Of a stretch of DNA of 24,906 nt, positions 9,035-16,959 are shown one piece after another. This stretch comes from Candidatus Zixiibacteriota bacterium (GTDB taxonomy: Bacteria; Zixibacteria; MSB-5A5; CAIYYT01). Position 1 is the first letter of the stretch, and each line of letters opens with the position of its first letter. A program made the translations under genes and the position numbers. The notes beneath the pieces are model-generated. The model was not told where the DNA came from. It was given only the letters and a program-made list of their open reading frames with translations, and did not search any database. Location of the stretch: assembly GCA_040235515.1 (NCBI GenBank), contig JBECKX010000144.1, forward strand, positions 1-24,906, read 5' to 3'.

Positions 9035-9964
9035 ATGAAAAACCTCAAATCGTTCACAGTCGCGGTTATCCTGATCCTGCTGCCGCTCTTGCTGAACTCC
9101 TGCTCCAGCAGTGACAAGAGCTCGAACGACAATTCTCAGATCACCGAGGCGCAGGCACAGCAAATGCAGGCCCTGGCTGCGGCGTTGGTGCCGATGACCA
9201 GCGTGGTCTCCACCGCCGGCGTTAACAAGGTTGACGGCGTTGAGGAGGGTGACTACGACTTCTCTGAGTTTGTTGAAACCGGCGAGGATGTCACGATCAC
9301 CGTTGGATACGACAATGGTGGAGGCTGGTGGGATTCCTACTTCGCCTTCAACATAGAAGGGGACACCGCAATATCGCTGACGATGCGTGACTCGGTCAGG
9401 TTCGAGATCACCGGTGGCGCGCCACAGCAATTCCCCGATGACAACACGAATCTGGTTCGTGAAGTCGCACGGTTGGCACTGATCGCGAGTCTCGAGGGAA
9501 TGGGAGACATCGATCTTTCAATGCGCAGCGATGTGACAATGTCGGAATTGCAGGCCGCATCAGTCGTGATCAATGGTAACCAGAGTTTTGATTTCGATGC
9601 CGACATTGTGACCGATGAAGGCGCGGTTTCCGGCACGGTTTCGGCCTCGCTGGAGATAACAGATCTCGTTGTACCTAAACCGAGTTTCGATGGCGAAGTC
9701 ACCTGTCCGACCTCCGGTATGATTGTGCTGACCGTAACCGAGGACTTGACCGCGCAGGCGGTAAACCAGGGTAAGGTCCAGGCGACCTGGAGCATCACCG
9801 TGACGGTGATCGGACCAAACAGCTACCGGATCAGATTGCAGGGCGACGGCCAGAACTTCGGCGAAGTTACCGTCAACGAGGAGTGCGGCAGTTCACTCTC
9901 GGTGGCCAAGCGTCTGCTGAGTGCCTCTGCGGGAGTCATGCAGAGCGCCGCCCCGCTGCAGTAG
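9035..9964 (+). CDS. Acidic beta-rich lipoprotein of unknown function
   Basis: GGAGGT RBS before ATG9035; basic N-terminus, hydrophobic core and LLNSC lipobox; Ser-rich linker. Confidence 0.75.
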   Translation: MKNLKSFTVAVILILLPLLLNSCSSSDKSSNDNSQITEAQAQQMQALAAALVPMTSVVSTAGVNKVDGVEEGDYDFSEFVETGEDVTITVGYDNGGGWWDSYFAFNIEGDTAISLTMRDSVRFEITGGAPQQFPDDNTNLVREVARLALIASLEGMGDIDLSMRSDVTMSELQAASVVINGNQSFDFDADIVTDEGAVSGTVSASLEITDLVVPKPSFDGEVTCPTSGMIVLTVTEDLTAQAVNQGKVQATWSITVTVIGPNSYRIRLQGDGQNFGEVTVNEECGSSLSVAKRLLSASAGVMQSAAPLQ

Positions 9965-10007
9965 GGAGCAGGCAAGGCCTTACGGCAGGGGCAATAAATC
10001 GACTATT

Positions 10008-10038
10008 CCGCCCGGTTCCGAGCTTCGGAATCGGGCGG
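10008..10038 (+). terminator. Strong GC-rich hairpin after the lipoprotein gene (possible terminator)
   Basis: CCGCCCGGTTCCGA-gct-TCGGAATCGGGCGG; the T tail is weak. Confidence 0.5.
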
Positions 10039-10077
10039 CAGCTATTTGGGATAGATTTTGACGGGGGATAATCACGC

Positions 10078-10110
10078 TTGCCAGAATGGAGTATTCCGGT
10101 ATATTACCGG
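10078..10110 (+). promoter_or_regulatory. Possible sigma70 promoter with an inverted repeat over the -10 box
   Basis: TTGCCA(10078)-N16-TATATT(10100); CCGGTA-tat-TACCGG at 10096-10110. Confidence 0.45.
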
Positions 10111-10337
10111 CGTAACTGATGACTTCCACTACTGCAGAGGAACGACCTACTTCATACCGCTAACGGAGAGAATCTGAACAGAGAGAGGTGAGAAACCTCG
10201 ATCATCAGGCAAAGACGTTCTGGTCTTGGTCCGATGAAGTTATCATCAGCAGAATTGCTTGGCACGAACCGGCGGCAGCCGCCTGCATCCCTGGGAATGC
10301 ACCGGGTCCGTGGCAATCTGCGCCAGCGGGAGGAACC
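10081..10337 (+). ncRNA. Candidate structured cis-regulatory leader; its 5' part resembles a fluoride riboswitch
   Basis: AATGGAGT...CTGATGACTTCCAC motif pair plus several downstream helices (see findings). Confidence 0.3.
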
Positions 10338-11243
10338 ATGTTATCTCTTCGTTTCAACGCGGTGACAAGCTTCATAACAAGTCTCAGCATTAGTTTCAGC
10401 ATCTGCGCGCTACTGGTATGCGGTCGGGCACACGCGGCAGAGAACATAAGAGTCTGGCTCTCCAACCCGCAGAATGTCCAGCCCGGCACGATCATGGATC
10501 TCTCTGTGATGATGTCGTCGACCCAGCAACTCGGCGGCGTAGATTTTTCAATTCATTACAATGACAGCCTGCTCGGCTTTATCTCGGTGGAACAGGACAC
10601 CGGCCTCAGCGATTGGGAATACTTTCAGACATTCCACGATGACTCACTCGATATCGTGCGTTTCCTCTCGATTGCGGAGACATCGCCGCCTGCCAGCGAC
10701 CCCGACTCCAGTGAACTGCATCCGAAGGGCGCGATCGCAACGCTGCACTTCTTTGTGGCGCCGAATTGGCTGGCCGATTCCGGTCGAGTCGATTTTGAGT
10801 TTACCTGGGAGAAGTGCGGGTCCAACGCAGCATCCAATACCGCCGGAGATTCCCTGATCATTGTCCGCAAGATATATGATTCAGATGGTAGCTTGATCTG
10901 GGATGAAACTGACGACGTGAATTTTCCCGAGATCGCGCGGCCGCCATTGGTGGGCGTGCCGGATAGTTGCATCGTCCCGGGAGCGAAAGTCGTTTCGAAG
11001 ATCGATGTCTATTCAGGGTTCGCCCTGAACTATTACATCTGCGGCGATTTCGATCGAAGCGCCTCCATCTCAATCGGGGATGCTGTCGCGGCAGTCAACT
11101 ATATCTTCGGCGGCGGACCGGCACCGAACCCGCTGGCGGCGGGGGATGTTGATTGCAGCGGCGCGGTCAGTATCGGCGATGCGGTCTACCTGATTAATTT
11201 CATCTTTGGCGGTGGGCCACCACCCTGCGCCGGTTGCGAGTAG
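10338..11243 (+). CDS. Secreted cohesin-like plus dockerin type I domain protein
   Basis: GGGAGG RBS before ATG10338; signal ending AHA; cohesin-like LGGVDFSIHYNDSLL; duplicated GDFDRSASISIGDAV and GDVDCSGAVSIGDAV repeats, each followed by IFGGGP.P. Confidence 0.8.
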   Translation: MLSLRFNAVTSFITSLSISFSICALLVCGRAHAAENIRVWLSNPQNVQPGTIMDLSVMMSSTQQLGGVDFSIHYNDSLLGFISVEQDTGLSDWEYFQTFHDDSLDIVRFLSIAETSPPASDPDSSELHPKGAIATLHFFVAPNWLADSGRVDFEFTWEKCGSNAASNTAGDSLIIVRKIYDSDGSLIWDETDDVNFPEIARPPLVGVPDSCIVPGAKVVSKIDVYSGFALNYYICGDFDRSASISIGDAVAAVNYIFGGGPAPNPLAAGDVDCSGAVSIGDAVYLINFIFGGGPPPCAGCE

Positions 11244-11252
11244 GATTGCAGG

Positions 11253-11831
11253 TCAATCGTACTTGAACTTCGGCTGCCACGACGCCACACCCTCAGGCAG
11301 CAATTCCAGCAGGTGCCAGAACGAGCAATAATCATCCCCCGGACCGAAGTATGCCCAGGCGACGCGCTCGATGCTGCCGTCGTCCAGCTTGCGAAAGGTC
11401 GAGACGCCGGGCCACTGCTTTCCATCCTGTTCGAATCCCAGGTCTTTCGAAAACGTGCTCCCTTTATGGGAATAGATAGGGAATTTCCAGCCACGGCTGG
11501 CGGCGAACTGAACCTGGGTTTGATGATCGTCCGGTGAGACGAGAACAAAACTCACCCTGTTCTGCAGATGTTGATGCAGGCCGTTGAAGCCATCCGCCCA
11601 GAGGGTGCAGTAGGCGCAACCTTTACCCATGTTGTGAATCAGCATCAGCTCGTCGCGGTCGCCGAACATCTCGGAGAGTCGTTTCTTGCTGCCGTCGTTG
11701 GCGGTGAACTCATAGTCGTCGATCGCCTCAGGCGGCATTTGCTTTCTCAGTGCAGCCAGGCGCTGTTTTTCCTCCTGGAGTCGCTGCTCAAGATCCTCAA
11801 TCTCTTTTCTCAGTTCGTTCACGTTGGACAT
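11253..11831 (-). CDS. DUF899 family thioredoxin-like protein
   Basis: N-terminal coil; LAALRKQMP; DYEF...G...LSEMFG; GCAYCTLWADG; RGWKFP; PGVSTF. Confidence 0.85.
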   Translation of the reverse strand: MSNVNELRKEIEDLEQRLQEEKQRLAALRKQMPPEAIDDYEFTANDGSKKRLSEMFGDRDELMLIHNMGKGCAYCTLWADGFNGLHQHLQNRVSFVLVSPDDHQTQVQFAASRGWKFPIYSHKGSTFSKDLGFEQDGKQWPGVSTFRKLDDGSIERVAWAYFGPGDDYCSFWHLLELLPEGVASWQPKFKYD

Positions 11832-12076
11832 GCGGGCTGCCTCGCTTTCGTCTGACGATGGTTAGGAATCACAGTTGGATTGATCACTGAATGATACAAC
11901 GCCGCACGGATAGATTTCGTTGCAGAAAAATGCCGATCGCAACCGCTCCCGGTTGATGCAGCTTGAGCGGTGACTTGAGTCAGCTGACCGGGTGCCTCTG
12001 GGTTACGCCGAGATTCGGGTCGGACAGACCAAAGTGTTGTTGTCAGGAGTATCACTAGTCCCAATATTGCAGCACT

Positions 12077-12976
12077 ATGGATCAACATCCTGACCGTCAT
12101 AGCATGCTCGCGTTGTTCGCCGGCGCAGTGATGATCAGTTTTTCGGCTGTCTTCGTGAAACTGGTCCACGTTGGCCCGACCACATCAGCGTTCTACCGAA
12201 TGGCCTTCGGCAGCGCGGTGCTGGTTATCATCGCGCTGGTACGGCGTGACAAGCTGTTCGTGAATAAGCGGGCACACGTTTATGCGATCCTGGCCGGGTT
12301 GGCATTCACCGGTGACCTCTCTTTCTGGCATCGGAGCATCATCTATACAGGTCCCGGCATCTCGACGATCCTGGCGAACTTCCAGGTTGTCTTCCTGGCG
12401 ATCATTGGATTTCTGGTGCTGAACGAACGCCCCGGCTGGCGGGCAGTGGTCGCCATTCCGCTGGCATTGGCCGGACTGATACTTTTGGTCGGTCCCAAAT
12501 GGCGGGAACTGGGAAGCGACTACCAATGGGGGGTATTCTTCGGCTTGATCACGGCGGTGTTTTACGCCGGCTATGTCCTGGCCCTGCGTGAGATTCGAAA
12601 ACTGCCGGACCACCCATCGGCGATGGCGTCGATTACCGTCGCTTCCATGACCACGGCGCTGGCGCTGTTGTTGCTGAATCTGATTGAAGGAGAGAGCTTC
12701 ATGATTCCGGACACGCAGAGCTGGGTGTGGCTGATTGCCTACGGAATCTGTGGGCAGGTCCTCGGTTGGGTGTTGATTACCCGGGGGATCAAGGGCTTAT
12801 CCGCCGCCCGCATCGGGTTGATCCTGGCGTTGCAGCCGGTGCTCTCCTTCATCTGGGATATTGTCTTCTTCAATCGTCCAACGGTCGTGATAGAAATAGT
12901 GGGGGCATTGATAGCTTTGACTGCGATCTACCTGGGTAACACCCGCCGCATCGAGAACAGATCGGCGCAGGTGTGA
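12077..12976 (+). CDS. DMT/EamA family transporter
   Basis: About 10 TM segments in two EamA repeats; AFYRM, LNER, LQPV motifs. Confidence 0.9.
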   Translation: MDQHPDRHSMLALFAGAVMISFSAVFVKLVHVGPTTSAFYRMAFGSAVLVIIALVRRDKLFVNKRAHVYAILAGLAFTGDLSFWHRSIIYTGPGISTILANFQVVFLAIIGFLVLNERPGWRAVVAIPLALAGLILLVGPKWRELGSDYQWGVFFGLITAVFYAGYVLALREIRKLPDHPSAMASITVASMTTALALLLLNLIEGESFMIPDTQSWVWLIAYGICGQVLGWVLITRGIKGLSAARIGLILALQPVLSFIWDIVFFNRPTVVIEIVGALIALTAIYLGNTRRIENRSAQV

Positions 12977-12998
12977 GCAAGAAAATGGTAACGCGACT

Positions 12999-13736
12999 AT
13001 GCGGGTGATCATAACCGGAGCGACATCAGGAATTGGTCGGGCACTGGCGATCGAGTTCCTTAACCACGATTTCCGCGTAGGGGTCACCGGTCGAAGACGC
13101 GAACGGCTTGAGGAACTCAAGAGCCTTTATGCGGATCGGGTTGAGGTGCTGGAGCAGGACCTGCGGCTACGCGACCAGATCGAACCCGGCCTGGATGATC
13201 TGGCGAGGCGGCTGGGCGGAGTTGACATCGTAGTCGCGAACGCCGGGACTTCGCGGCGCGACTCTGAGCTACCGCTGGCGAAGGAGTTTGAGGTTATCGA
13301 GGTGAACATTGCGGGCTTTGTCGCTACGATTAACTGGGCGCTGCGGCGTTTCAAGCAGCAGGGGGAGGGACGCATCGTCGGGGTTTCCTCGGTGGCGGCT
13401 TTCTGGGGAAACAAGCTCAACCCGATGTACAACGCCACCAAGGCATTCGAGATGAACTATCTGCGTGGCCTCCACGCGCACCTTTATGGTACCGGGATCT
13501 CGGTCACCGATGTGCGGCCCGGTTTCGTGGCGACGGAAATGACCGCCGGCAATCCACAGATGATCGCGGTCGCTTCGCCGGAAAAAGCCGCCAAACAGAT
13601 CTTCCGCGCCATCATGAAGCGACGGAAAGTCGTTTACATTACGAAGCGCTGGCGGTTCATCGCAGCGATTATGCGTATGACGCCTGATTTCATCTACCGC
13701 CGGCTGGCGGAACTGCGCAAGCAATCCGATCAATAA
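12999..13736 (+). CDS. Short-chain dehydrogenase/reductase
   Basis: TGATSGIG, ANAG, SSVA, YNATK, PGFVAT. Confidence 0.95.
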   Translation: MRVIITGATSGIGRALAIEFLNHDFRVGVTGRRRERLEELKSLYADRVEVLEQDLRLRDQIEPGLDDLARRLGGVDIVVANAGTSRRDSELPLAKEFEVIEVNIAGFVATINWALRRFKQQGEGRIVGVSSVAAFWGNKLNPMYNATKAFEMNYLRGLHAHLYGTGISVTDVRPGFVATEMTAGNPQMIAVASPEKAAKQIFRAIMKRRKVVYITKRWRFIAAIMRMTPDFIYRRLAELRKQSDQ

Positions 13737-13776
13737 GATACAATTGCCGAATGAGCGAGAGGAAAGGAATGAAACG

Positions 13777-14064
13777 ATGGCAACTTACATCATCCTGAGT
13801 AAACTGGGACCGAATGCCTTTGACACTCCCGATGGACTCAAGGGCGTGGCGACTACCGTTCGCGAAAAGCTGGAGAAGGAATGCCCGAAAGCCAGGTGGG
13901 TGCAGAGCTACGGTTGTATGGGCAGCTACGATGTTGTGGATATCGTGGAATCTGATGATCCACAAGAGATCGAGAAGGCAGTCATGATCATCCGTGCGGT
14001 CGGCCGCTCGACGACGGAGACGCTCCTGGCTACCAAGTGGGAAGATTTCCTCAAGGCGCTCTAG
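13777..14064 (+). CDS. GYD domain-containing protein
   Basis: AAGGA RBS before ATG13777; MATYIIL...MGSYDVVDIVE...TETL.A pattern. Confidence 0.8.
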   Translation: MATYIILSKLGPNAFDTPDGLKGVATTVREKLEKECPKARWVQSYGCMGSYDVVDIVESDDPQEIEKAVMIIRAVGRSTTETLLATKWEDFLKAL

Positions 14065-14157
14065 CAGGCTAAGCCATCTCTTTTTTGACGCAGGGGCGAA
14101 TCGTCGGAGTCACCCTCTACCGATCGTGCGCCTGAGCTGATTGAACAGGTCCCTGCC

Positions 14158-14191
14158 AAAAAGAAAGCCTGCAAGATAATCTCACAGGCTT
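14158..14191 (-). terminator. Rho-independent terminator, minus-strand orientation
   Basis: Minus strand AAGCCTGTGAGA-tta-TCTTGCAGGCTT-TCTTTTT; the G-U pairs and U tail work only in this orientation. Confidence 0.7.
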
Positions 14192-14505
14192 GTTGGGTGA
14201 GTGGAGGGATTATGACCAAACCCGCAAAGGGGGGTATTCCTCGTAAAGCCTCGAAGTTGTCGGCACTGCTTCTCAAACCAGGCCCAGCGAGAAGCAGACT
14301 CATTCGAGTCTTTACATCTGAATAGACGGCACCCGATTCGGAATGTTCAGTTCATTAACAAGTTTTGGGTGCTGTTGGCGAGAAATCGAGGCCGTTGAAA
14401 TGCAACAGACGAGTGCGGCTGGACCGATCGATCTGTCGGGGGTTGCGGCTGGCGCAAGAGCAGAGGAACCGAAATCAAGTTGTGATCCGCCAACTCATTT
14501 TAAGG

Positions 14506-14533
14506 TTGACTTAGTCCAAACATTTTATACTTT
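14506..14533 (+). promoter_or_regulatory. Probable promoter for tRNA-Ile
   Basis: TTGACT at 14506 and TATACTTT at 14526-14533 (spacer 14-16 nt), about 60 bp upstream of the tRNA. Confidence 0.5.
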
Positions 14534-14589
14534 TTGCTTCCTGTCCATCCCGATCCGTCGGGATGGCGGTCTTATCTTGCCCTTTCTTG

Positions 14590-14663
14590 GGGCCCGTAGC
14601 TCAGATGGTTAGAGCGCGCGCCTGATAAGCGCGAGGTCGGCAGTTCAATTCTGCCCGGGCCCA
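14590..14663 (+). tRNA. tRNA-Ile (anticodon GAU); CCA not encoded
   Basis: Acceptor GGGCCCG/CGGGCCC; D arm GCTC/GAGC; anticodon arm CGCGC-CT GAT AA-GCGCG; T arm GGCAG-TTCAATT-CTGCC; discriminator A. Confidence 0.97.
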
Positions 14664-14758
14664 TTTTTTCCCTGAAAGCTTTGATATCAGTCTTGCAGCG
14701 GCCCGCTCTTATGGCTTCTCTGCATTTATGAGAGAAGGAGTTCAGAACACCCGCAGGA

Positions 14759-16708
14759 TCAGGCAGTCAGAGTTTTCGCTCTCGGTTGCATAGTGGTCCC
14801 GATAAGCTGCTGCGTCCACGGTAATGGTTCGTCCGATGTGATATGGTGAATCACGATGTATTTGACGCCGGCGGTGCGCAGCTGGGTTTCCTGTCTCTCC
14901 AGATTGGTGAAATCGAGCGTGTCGAGCAATACGGTACCAAAGCGTCTGGAGACCCAGCCATTTACGAGAGGAATGCGGTGGAATGTCTGGTTCATCATGT
15001 ATCGGTTGGTGTCTTTGTAGCCTAGCGGTAACTCGAGGATGGCGAAATCTTGTCCTTGATTCGCCGCGAACTCGTAACAGGGCTGGCACACTACCGGCGT
15101 GGTTTCGATGGGGCCGGGGTAGAAATCGACCAGCATCAGGAGACCGAGGCCGATCGCGGCGATCCTGCGCCACTTGAGCTGCGAGAGCGCCGATATTGCG
15201 TACGCCACAGCGATTGGAATGAGCAGGCTCCAGAAGAGTGTGACGTAAATAGTGTAGCGGCCGGGACTGCGGATGCTGCGCAGGAAGGGGAGGAATCGAG
15301 CGACGACATCGGGCAGGTAGATCGGCAGAATCGTACCGGCGAGGTGGGCAAGCACCCCGAACGACATCACAAAGAAGGGAAGCGCTCCGAGGATGAATTT
15401 CGCAGAGTATTCGATCGTACGTCTCATGGTGACTACGAATATCAACAGACAGGCCAAGCCGAGGTAGGCGGTTGCCTCCCAGAGATTGCCGGTGTAGGCT
15501 GTGTTTATCTGCTTGAACGCATCCCCGAGGAGATGGTACTGCGTCGGGACCACGAGCGCCGCAAGGTCGCTAACATAAGTATTGTGTCCCGTTCCTCCCA
15601 CATCGGGGTGTTGTGCCGCAAGCTGGAACATCGGCACCAGCCAGAATGATAGCACCAGGAGGGTGGGAACGACGACAACCAGAGATTTCCAGATCAGGTC
15701 GGTGTTGATAATCCGCCGGCGCCGCAGAGAGAGATAGATATAGGAGAGCCCGATGAAGATCAATGCGAACATCATGTGGAACCAGTCGCAGAGAGTCAGC
15801 AGCAGGAAAAAGAGCGCTGCGATTGCGGGAGATGCCCGACCCTCTGAACGGCAGGCTTTGATATAGAAAAGAACAAAGAAGGGGATGAACATGATGGCGT
15901 TGATATTGAAATGGTGCAAGCCGCGGATCAGATGCCATGGACTGAAAGCGAAGAGAAAGCCGCTCAGTAATGCCAGCCATGAATTCCTGAAGATGTAGCG
16001 ACCCAGGTGGAATGCTCCGAGACCTGCAAGCGGAAAGGTGTGCAGGATCAGCAGGTTGTAGGATAGCACCTGATTCGAGAAGGTCCGCAAGCCTAACCCG
16101 AGCAACTGGTTGTAGAAGGACCAGGAATGGTGATAGAAGGTCGCGCCCTCGGGGTAGAAGAGGTGGCGGATGTAGGTGATGCTCGCAGCCCCGTTGACGA
16201 ATTGTTCGCGGAACCACCAGAGGCCCCAGTAGGATTGCATATTGTCCTCCGCCGGTCCGAGCAGATGCGAACTCAATTCCGAGAGCGTCGGTGCGAAATA
16301 GATCAGCGTGAGGAGCAGGTACGACCCGAGCGCGATCCAGCTGTCGAAGCGAATGATCTTCTCAGAGATGAAACTGGGGCGGATCGAGACTGTCGGTATT
16401 CTACGAAAGAGCCAGGCGGCAGCGCGGGCGATCGCGATCCAGGTGATGACGGTGAGGGGCAACGCCAGCACGACGTAGATGAAAAAGGCGCGGTCGACCT
16501 GCGACTTGAACTCGGCGAGTGTCAGGCCAGCAGGCTCAATATAGCCACCCAGTATTATGGAGCGTTTCGCTTCATAGAAGCGTTCGACGAATTGTGGTCC
16601 GAAGAGCCAGTAGAGAATCGCTGCTCCTGCCGCTCCGAGGATCGCGAGGGAGATGATTGTCCATGTCAGGTGCCTGCGGATGAATTGAATCCAGGCGAAA
16701 CGCATCAA
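14759..16708 (-). CDS. Polytopic membrane protein, GT-C glycosyltransferase/YfhO-like; true end probably 14742 via a frameshift
   Basis: Many TM segments; AEDNMQSYWGLWW, LFYPEG, FAFSPWH, YLG, RSPGRY, ILELP, QTFHRIPLVNG and GVKYIVIH motifs. Confidence 0.75.
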   Translation of the reverse strand: MMRFAWIQFIRRHLTWTIISLAILGAAGAAILYWLFGPQFVERFYEAKRSIILGGYIEPAGLTLAEFKSQVDRAFFIYVVLALPLTVITWIAIARAAAWLFRRIPTVSIRPSFISEKIIRFDSWIALGSYLLLTLIYFAPTLSELSSHLLGPAEDNMQSYWGLWWFREQFVNGAASITYIRHLFYPEGATFYHHSWSFYNQLLGLGLRTFSNQVLSYNLLILHTFPLAGLGAFHLGRYIFRNSWLALLSGFLFAFSPWHLIRGLHHFNINAIMFIPFFVLFYIKACRSEGRASPAIAALFFLLLTLCDWFHMMFALIFIGLSYIYLSLRRRRIINTDLIWKSLVVVVPTLLVLSFWLVPMFQLAAQHPDVGGTGHNTYVSDLAALVVPTQYHLLGDAFKQINTAYTGNLWEATAYLGLACLLIFVVTMRRTIEYSAKFILGALPFFVMSFGVLAHLAGTILPIYLPDVVARFLPFLRSIRSPGRYTIYVTLFWSLLIPIAVAYAISALSQLKWRRIAAIGLGLLMLVDFYPGPIETTPVVCQPCYEFAANQGQDFAILELPLGYKDTNRYMMNQTFHRIPLVNGWVSRRFGTVLLDTLDFTNLERQETQLRTAGVKYIVIHHITSDEPLPWTQQLIGTTMQPRAKTLTA

Positions 16709-16959
16709 CTACCTGCCCTGTTAGTTTGCCGCAGCTACATAGCCGGGTCTAGTGCAACCAGGTTTAGAGAATAAGCTATGAGTGGTCTTGCACAAACCTA
16801 AAAAAAACACCAGAGCGGCGCGCGGGAGCTTTGATCAGAGTAAGCTCATGGGTCAGGGGGGGCGAAGGGCGGGCGGAGGGTGCGGGAACCGGGGCTGCTG
16901 AGAAGGATCAGTAAATAAGGTTGCTGATGAAAATAACGGGGAAGGAATGAAGGATCACG

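Noticed and set aside
10116..10145. CTGATGA as a hammerhead ribozyme core
   Set aside because: The TTCC/GGAA stem is not followed by GAAA, and stems I and III are not evident.
10188..10337. 50-aa N-terminal extension of the cohesin-dockerin ORF
   Set aside because: ATG10338 has a strong GGGAGG RBS and is followed directly by a signal peptide.
11819..12169. 116-aa minus-strand ORF with a hydrophobic patch
   Set aside because: It overlaps the EamA start on the opposite strand and has no RBS or motif support.
14215..14256. AAACC..GCAA..GGG..GTAAAGCCTC resembling a c-di-GMP-I riboswitch
   Set aside because: Spacing is disrupted, the GGCAAA start is missing, and no P3 or downstream CDS fits.
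14278..14298. CCAGGCCC..GAAGCAG resembling SRP RNA helix 8
   Set aside because: No GNRA-capped stem and no long flanking helix.
14061..14303. 80-aa minus-strand ORF
   Set aside because: It runs through the minus-strand terminator, has no RBS and shows no recognisable features.
14343..14612. 89-aa plus-strand ORF
   Set aside because: It overlaps the tRNA and its promoter.
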